A DNA stretch of 64,000 nt, taken from assembly GCA_965657355.1 (NCBI GenBank), contig CBFHOE010000007.1:1-64000 (forward strand). Direction: 5' to 3'. Below, one piece after another: positions 59,907 to 64,000 of the stretch (position 1 is its first letter; every line of letters begins with the position of its first letter). The stretch comes from Limisphaerales bacterium. GTDB lineage: Bacteria > Verrucomicrobiota > Verrucomicrobiia > Limisphaerales > JAJOIW01. The notes under the pieces were generated by a model that saw nothing but the letters and a program-made list of their open reading frames with translations, made no database searches and had not been told where the DNA came from. The position numbers were made by a program, and so were the translations under genes.

Positions 59907-62900
59907 ATGAACTCGGCCGATAAAGGTCACATTAAAACCCCCTCGAAAATGTCTACCCGGCGTTGCGTAAATAAGAAAATTGCTAAGCCTAGATTAAGGC
60001 GACTATTTCGAATTTTCACAATATTTGGGCTTTGTTCCATGCTGCTCTCACTAGGCTGGTTGAATTTTTTTGGTATACCGAAGCCTTTTCACCCGTATAT
60101 CACAGATTTGTTGAATAGTGATGGGGTTAATGTTGATTTCTCACGCATTAACTTCAACATTTTATCGGGCATTATCATTCGCGAAGGATCATTATCAACC
60201 GAATCTGTTGATGCAAAATTATTAGTAGAATTTGATGCTGCAAAAGTAGGCTACCGATTTGCTAATTCTAAGCTCCTCCCCTCTTCTATCAATATTGATG
60301 GCGGGGCCATCAAATTGACCACAAAGCAAAATTCATTGACCATATGTGAAGGGATTAAAACAAGTTTGGGATTTTCGAAGAATGATGTGACCAAGATTTC
60401 AAATTTTACCGGCGATTTCCTAAGCGGAAAAATTCAGATGAATGGGACTATTACCAATGCCTGGAAAGCGATTTCAAATCAATCAAATAGTCAAAGCTCA
60501 CTACCTCCAAAATATGGTCCTAATGAAATATCCGAAATACTTTTTCAAGCAAATTCCTATTTAGCGAATACCGGTCCGTCACTAAAAATACATTTCTCAG
60601 GTAATGCAGAGCGTCCCCAGAGTTTTGAAGCGGACATATTCCTTAACGCCCCAAAACTTTCATCGAATCATTTTTCAATCACGAACCTGGTGACGACAAT
60701 AAAATATGCTCCACACAAAAAAGGTATCCAAAATTGCGCCATTTCGGTAAGGGCACGAGATGCGAGGTTAAAAATTTCAACAAATCAAATCTCATTCCAC
60801 GAACCTTTTCTAAAATTTACATTACCGGGCATTGAGGAGATCCAACAAAAAAAACAAGTTGTTGGCGGCAAAGATTTTGAAGGCGAAGGCAAACCCTCTG
60901 ATGTTTCAAAAATCGTTAATAGAAATAATTCACTACCAGAGGCGTGGAGGCTGGTCAATAAACTCGGAAATTCATCTTTTTCATTTGCCTCGATAATTTT
61001 CAACGACCAGCTTGAAATTGAGCAACCAAAATTATCAATTATAAGATCAAGTAACACCAAGGGAACGGAAAAAACATTTCAAGTGAGCTCACAAATCAGC
61101 TCCATAAGCTCGAATGATATCCGCTCAAATGAAATAAAAATAAATATTTCTTCAATACGGGACATAGCGTTATTTGCATCCCAAATCAGCAATTTTGAAA
61201 ACGAGAAATGGCTTGAGGATTCGTATGATCAACTTTTTGCTATTCAGGCTAAGGTTGACGATCTCTATGTAAAAGGTGTTGAAATAGGGACGCTGCGTTT
61301 ATCTCCAATAAATACGTCATCCGGTGATATTATGAATCAAACTTCATTTTCAGTGGATTTTCAAAGTGGTGAGAAAATTAGTGCGATTATATCTAAGAAC
61401 TCCGAGACAGAACCTGTATTGATAAGAGGTAAATCACATTATGATGTCAAAAAATGGTCACCTTTATTTGGCGAACAATTAGTTGATATACTTAGCAGAA
61501 TTCATTGGGACAAGCCACCATACGCAACCTTTCATTTAGGACCCTCGGCTTTTCCTAAAAGCATTAATTTCGACGATCTATACACCTGGTTTTCTGAGTC
61601 ATCAGATTTTAGAGGGCAGTTAGATATGGAATCAGGAAATTTCAAAGGTATCCCATTCCAAAATCTCAAGGGAAATTATTCATTTTCGGATCTTCATTGG
61701 TATTTAAAAGATGTTGAAATTAACAGGCCTGAGGGAACATTACAGATAAACTTTATCCAAAACGATATTTCCGGAGTCTACGACGTTGATATTATAGGTC
61801 CAATTTTCACAAAAGCTCTAAGGCCTCTTTTCGAAGAAAATTCTGAATACTATTTTTCAAAAATAGGAGAAACGGCACCAATGGTCGGCAAAGTCACGGT
61901 AGGTGGCCCATGGGATATGGATCTGGGTTGGGTCAAAGGTCATATTTCACACAAGAATTTATCTTGGAAGACAAATAAGGTCCAAAATCTCAATTTTTAT
62001 TTAGATTACAATGATACCGAAGGGATGCTGAGCCTAAAAAACGTCAAGATAGACAGCGATCCACACAAAATATTCACTAAAAGCTTAACCTACAACAGGG
62101 GCAGAGACTTTATCACAATAGATGGAGCTCAGGCAAAGTGTACACCACTGCTTATTGCTGACTGTATTTATGATGAACCTGTTGAATTATTGAATTCAAT
62201 GGGCTTTAAAAACCCAGGTATGTGGACTGGAGGTGGAACTATAGATCTTGGAAAAGAACCATCTTTAGTGGACCTTTTATTTTCTCTAGAGCATGATAAT
62301 CTCACACTTTTTGGTATTCAAAATTCAAATTTTACCTCTCAAATAGCCTGGCGTGATGATTACCTCATATTCAACAACTTAAAATCTGATGTTTTAGGTG
62401 GGCACGTATCGGGAAATCTGAACATAGGTATCGAAAATTTCGAAATGCCAACTTTTAGAGCCATCGCTGACGCCACCAAAATAAACCTAAATCAGATCGC
62501 CTCACATTTGCCCAACAAAAACAAAATAGATGGCCTAGCTGACATAAAATTTTCCCTAAAGGACGGCTATATCAAAGACCCTGACACCTGGGAGGCCGCC
62601 GGGGTTATAAAACTTCAAGATGGTGATCTATGGAGTATCCCACTTTTTGGCGCAGTAAGCTCAATTGTGGACGGGATAGTCCCCGGACTAGGGCATTCAG
62701 TTTTTAAAAGTGGCGAGATAAATTGGTCCATGAAAAATGGTATTATTGATCTCCTAAAATGTAATTTTTCGAGTAGTAAATTTGGTATTACTGCAACCGG
62801 AAAAATCTCGACAAATGGTAACGTCAATGGATCGGGAAAAGTAAAGTTTTTCCAAGCCAAGAGCCCCCTTCAACGAATGCTCAACCTATCTCTTTCGCCT

Positions 62901-63020
62901 TTCACTGAAAGCCTGAAGTTCAGAGTCCAGGGCCCATTAACCACCCCAAATATAACGCCTTCTTATTTTATTCCTCGAATTATATTGAATCCACTCAATC
63001 CAGATAAATGGATAAAATAA
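59907..63020 (+). CDS. AsmA-like (TamB/YhdP superfamily) protein
   Basis: Single N-terminal TM, about 1000 aa beta-rich body, C-terminal LWSIPLFG...F.V.GPLTTP pattern. Confidence 0.68.
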   Translation: MNSADKGHIKTPSKMSTRRCVNKKIAKPRLRRLFRIFTIFGLCSMLLSLGWLNFFGIPKPFHPYITDLLNSDGVNVDFSRINFNILSGIIIREGSLSTESVDAKLLVEFDAAKVGYRFANSKLLPSSINIDGGAIKLTTKQNSLTICEGIKTSLGFSKNDVTKISNFTGDFLSGKIQMNGTITNAWKAISNQSNSQSSLPPKYGPNEISEILFQANSYLANTGPSLKIHFSGNAERPQSFEADIFLNAPKLSSNHFSITNLVTTIKYAPHKKGIQNCAISVRARDARLKISTNQISFHEPFLKFTLPGIEEIQQKKQVVGGKDFEGEGKPSDVSKIVNRNNSLPEAWRLVNKLGNSSFSFASIIFNDQLEIEQPKLSIIRSSNTKGTEKTFQVSSQISSISSNDIRSNEIKINISSIRDIALFASQISNFENEKWLEDSYDQLFAIQAKVDDLYVKGVEIGTLRLSPINTSSGDIMNQTSFSVDFQSGEKISAIISKNSETEPVLIRGKSHYDVKKWSPLFGEQLVDILSRIHWDKPPYATFHLGPSAFPKSINFDDLYTWFSESSDFRGQLDMESGNFKGIPFQNLKGNYSFSDLHWYLKDVEINRPEGTLQINFIQNDISGVYDVDIIGPIFTKALRPLFEENSEYYFSKIGETAPMVGKVTVGGPWDMDLGWVKGHISHKNLSWKTNKVQNLNFYLDYNDTEGMLSLKNVKIDSDPHKIFTKSLTYNRGRDFITIDGAQAKCTPLLIADCIYDEPVELLNSMGFKNPGMWTGGGTIDLGKEPSLVDLLFSLEHDNLTLFGIQNSNFTSQIAWRDDYLIFNNLKSDVLGGHVSGNLNIGIENFEMPTFRAIADATKINLNQIASHLPNKNKIDGLADIKFSLKDGYIKDPDTWEAAGVIKLQDGDLWSIPLFGAVSSIVDGIVPGLGHSVFKSGEINWSMKNGIIDLLKCNFSSSKFGITATGKISTNGNVNGSGKVKFFQAKSPLQRMLNLSLSPFTESLKFRVQGPLTTPNITPSYFIPRIILNPLNPDKWIK

Positions 63021-63035
63021 TCACGGGATACGAGA

Positions 63036-63641
63036 TCATTTGTTTTTCACAAAGTTCTCAACGTACTTTCCAATCATATCAAATTCCAAATTTACATGCT
63101 CCCCTTTTTTTGAAATTGAAAGATTTGTAACTTCCAAGGTATGAGGGATGATCCAAACCCAAAACCCCTTTTCATCTACCCCTGCTACAGTGAGGCTGAT
63201 TCCGTTAATCGCAACACTTCCTTTTTCGATTAAATATTTTAATTGAACCGGATCTAAAAGATCTATTCTAAGAAAATAATTTTCATCTCGTTTCGAAAAT
63301 TCACCTATGACTCCGGTAGCATCTACATGCCCAGTAACGAAGTGCCCCCCTAACCTATGTCCAACAGCCAGAGCGCGTTCAAGGTTTAAACGAGATCCGA
63401 CTGTTAAAGATTGGAAGTGAGTTCTATTGATAGTTTCGTTTAAAAGTTCAAAGTAGAGAATAAATCCCTCCTCATTCCTCTCCGAAGAAACAACAGTGAG
63501 GCAAGCACCATCAACGCATATACTATCACCTAAACCAGCATCGGCAGAGCATATCTTGGAGAATATACCCAGACGCGAGTAATCGCCTAAATTAGAAAAA
63601 CTAACAACTTCACCACATTCTTCGACAAGTCCTGTAAACAT
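63036..63641 (-). CDS. ribE: Riboflavin synthase (alpha chain)
   Basis: Canonical MFTG N-terminus at 63641; GDSICVDGACLTV, NLERAL, GGHFVTGHVD, KGSVAINGISLTV, IIPHT, VNLEFD. Confidence 0.97.
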   Translation of the reverse strand: MFTGLVEECGEVVSFSNLGDYSRLGIFSKICSADAGLGDSICVDGACLTVVSSERNEEGFILYFELLNETINRTHFQSLTVGSRLNLERALAVGHRLGGHFVTGHVDATGVIGEFSKRDENYFLRIDLLDPVQLKYLIEKGSVAINGISLTVAGVDEKGFWVWIIPHTLEVTNLSISKKGEHVNLEFDMIGKYVENFVKNK

Positions 63642-63705
63642 ATTAATATCCAAATCTATTATTGGTATGTAACTAAAATTACCAATTGATCGTCCAAAAG
63701 AGTAT

Positions 63706-64000
63706 ATGAAAATGTTTTTTTATGGCAGAAGATACACCTTAAGGCTGAAGTTTTTCATGCTAATGGGTATATTCTGCTCTTTTTCTCTGACCACTCTGGC
63801 CCAAGGTCCCCGCCCCACGGATATTGGCGAACTATCCAATAATATTGGGCAACCTGGAGTTTCGTGGTATTCGACATGGAAATCGGCTCAAACGGAAGCT
63901 TTACGCAGCAATCGCCCAATCTTCTTTTATGCTGCTGCTACCCAATGCAGCGGTATTTCTGGTGTCTTCTGACCAGGATACACCAAGTCAGCTAACAGTT
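63706..64000 (+). CDS. Putative exported thioredoxin-like selenoprotein (UGA at 63970-63972 read as Sec); runs off the right edge
   Basis: Signal-peptide-like segment; VSWYSTWKSAQTEALRSNRPIFFY thioredoxin-like start; CSGISGVF-TGA-PGYTKSANS with the frame open to the window end. Confidence 0.65.

Overview
A mostly housekeeping and envelope region of a moderately AT-rich bacterial chromosome. Gene content (DUF1592/DUF1552 pair, PVC-type beta-propeller, HpnH variant, DUF2851, rpmI-rplT-pheST, nusA-infB-rbfA-truB-ribF) points to a Verrucomicrobiota genome, probably Pedosphaerales-like; this is inference from family recognition and no search was run. It holds an ExbB/ExbD/TonB-like (TolQRA-like) operon, translation genes, two MacAB-type export clusters with complementary missing parts, lexA, MFS transporters, an MBOAT pair, a CLC protein, an HtrA-GldAFG-like-DUF4340-AsmA operon and riboflavin genes. 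No rRNA, tRNA or CRISPR array was seen. Main signals: (1) a probable exported thioredoxin-like selenoprotein at the right edge (C-x6-F-UGA-P-G, frame open past the UGA); (2) a collapsed RHS/TNT-toxin relic with its translationally coupled immunity gene at 39.7-40.2 kb; (3) a stand-alone IS110 RuvC-like N-terminal domain lacking two catalytic Asp residues, divergent from lexA; (4) a 44-aa lipoprotein missing from the ORF track upstream of hpnH; (5) a perfect (TGGCTT)13+ repeat encoding the Pro-Lys linker of TonB/TolA; (6) an attenuator-like hairpin in the nusA leader.
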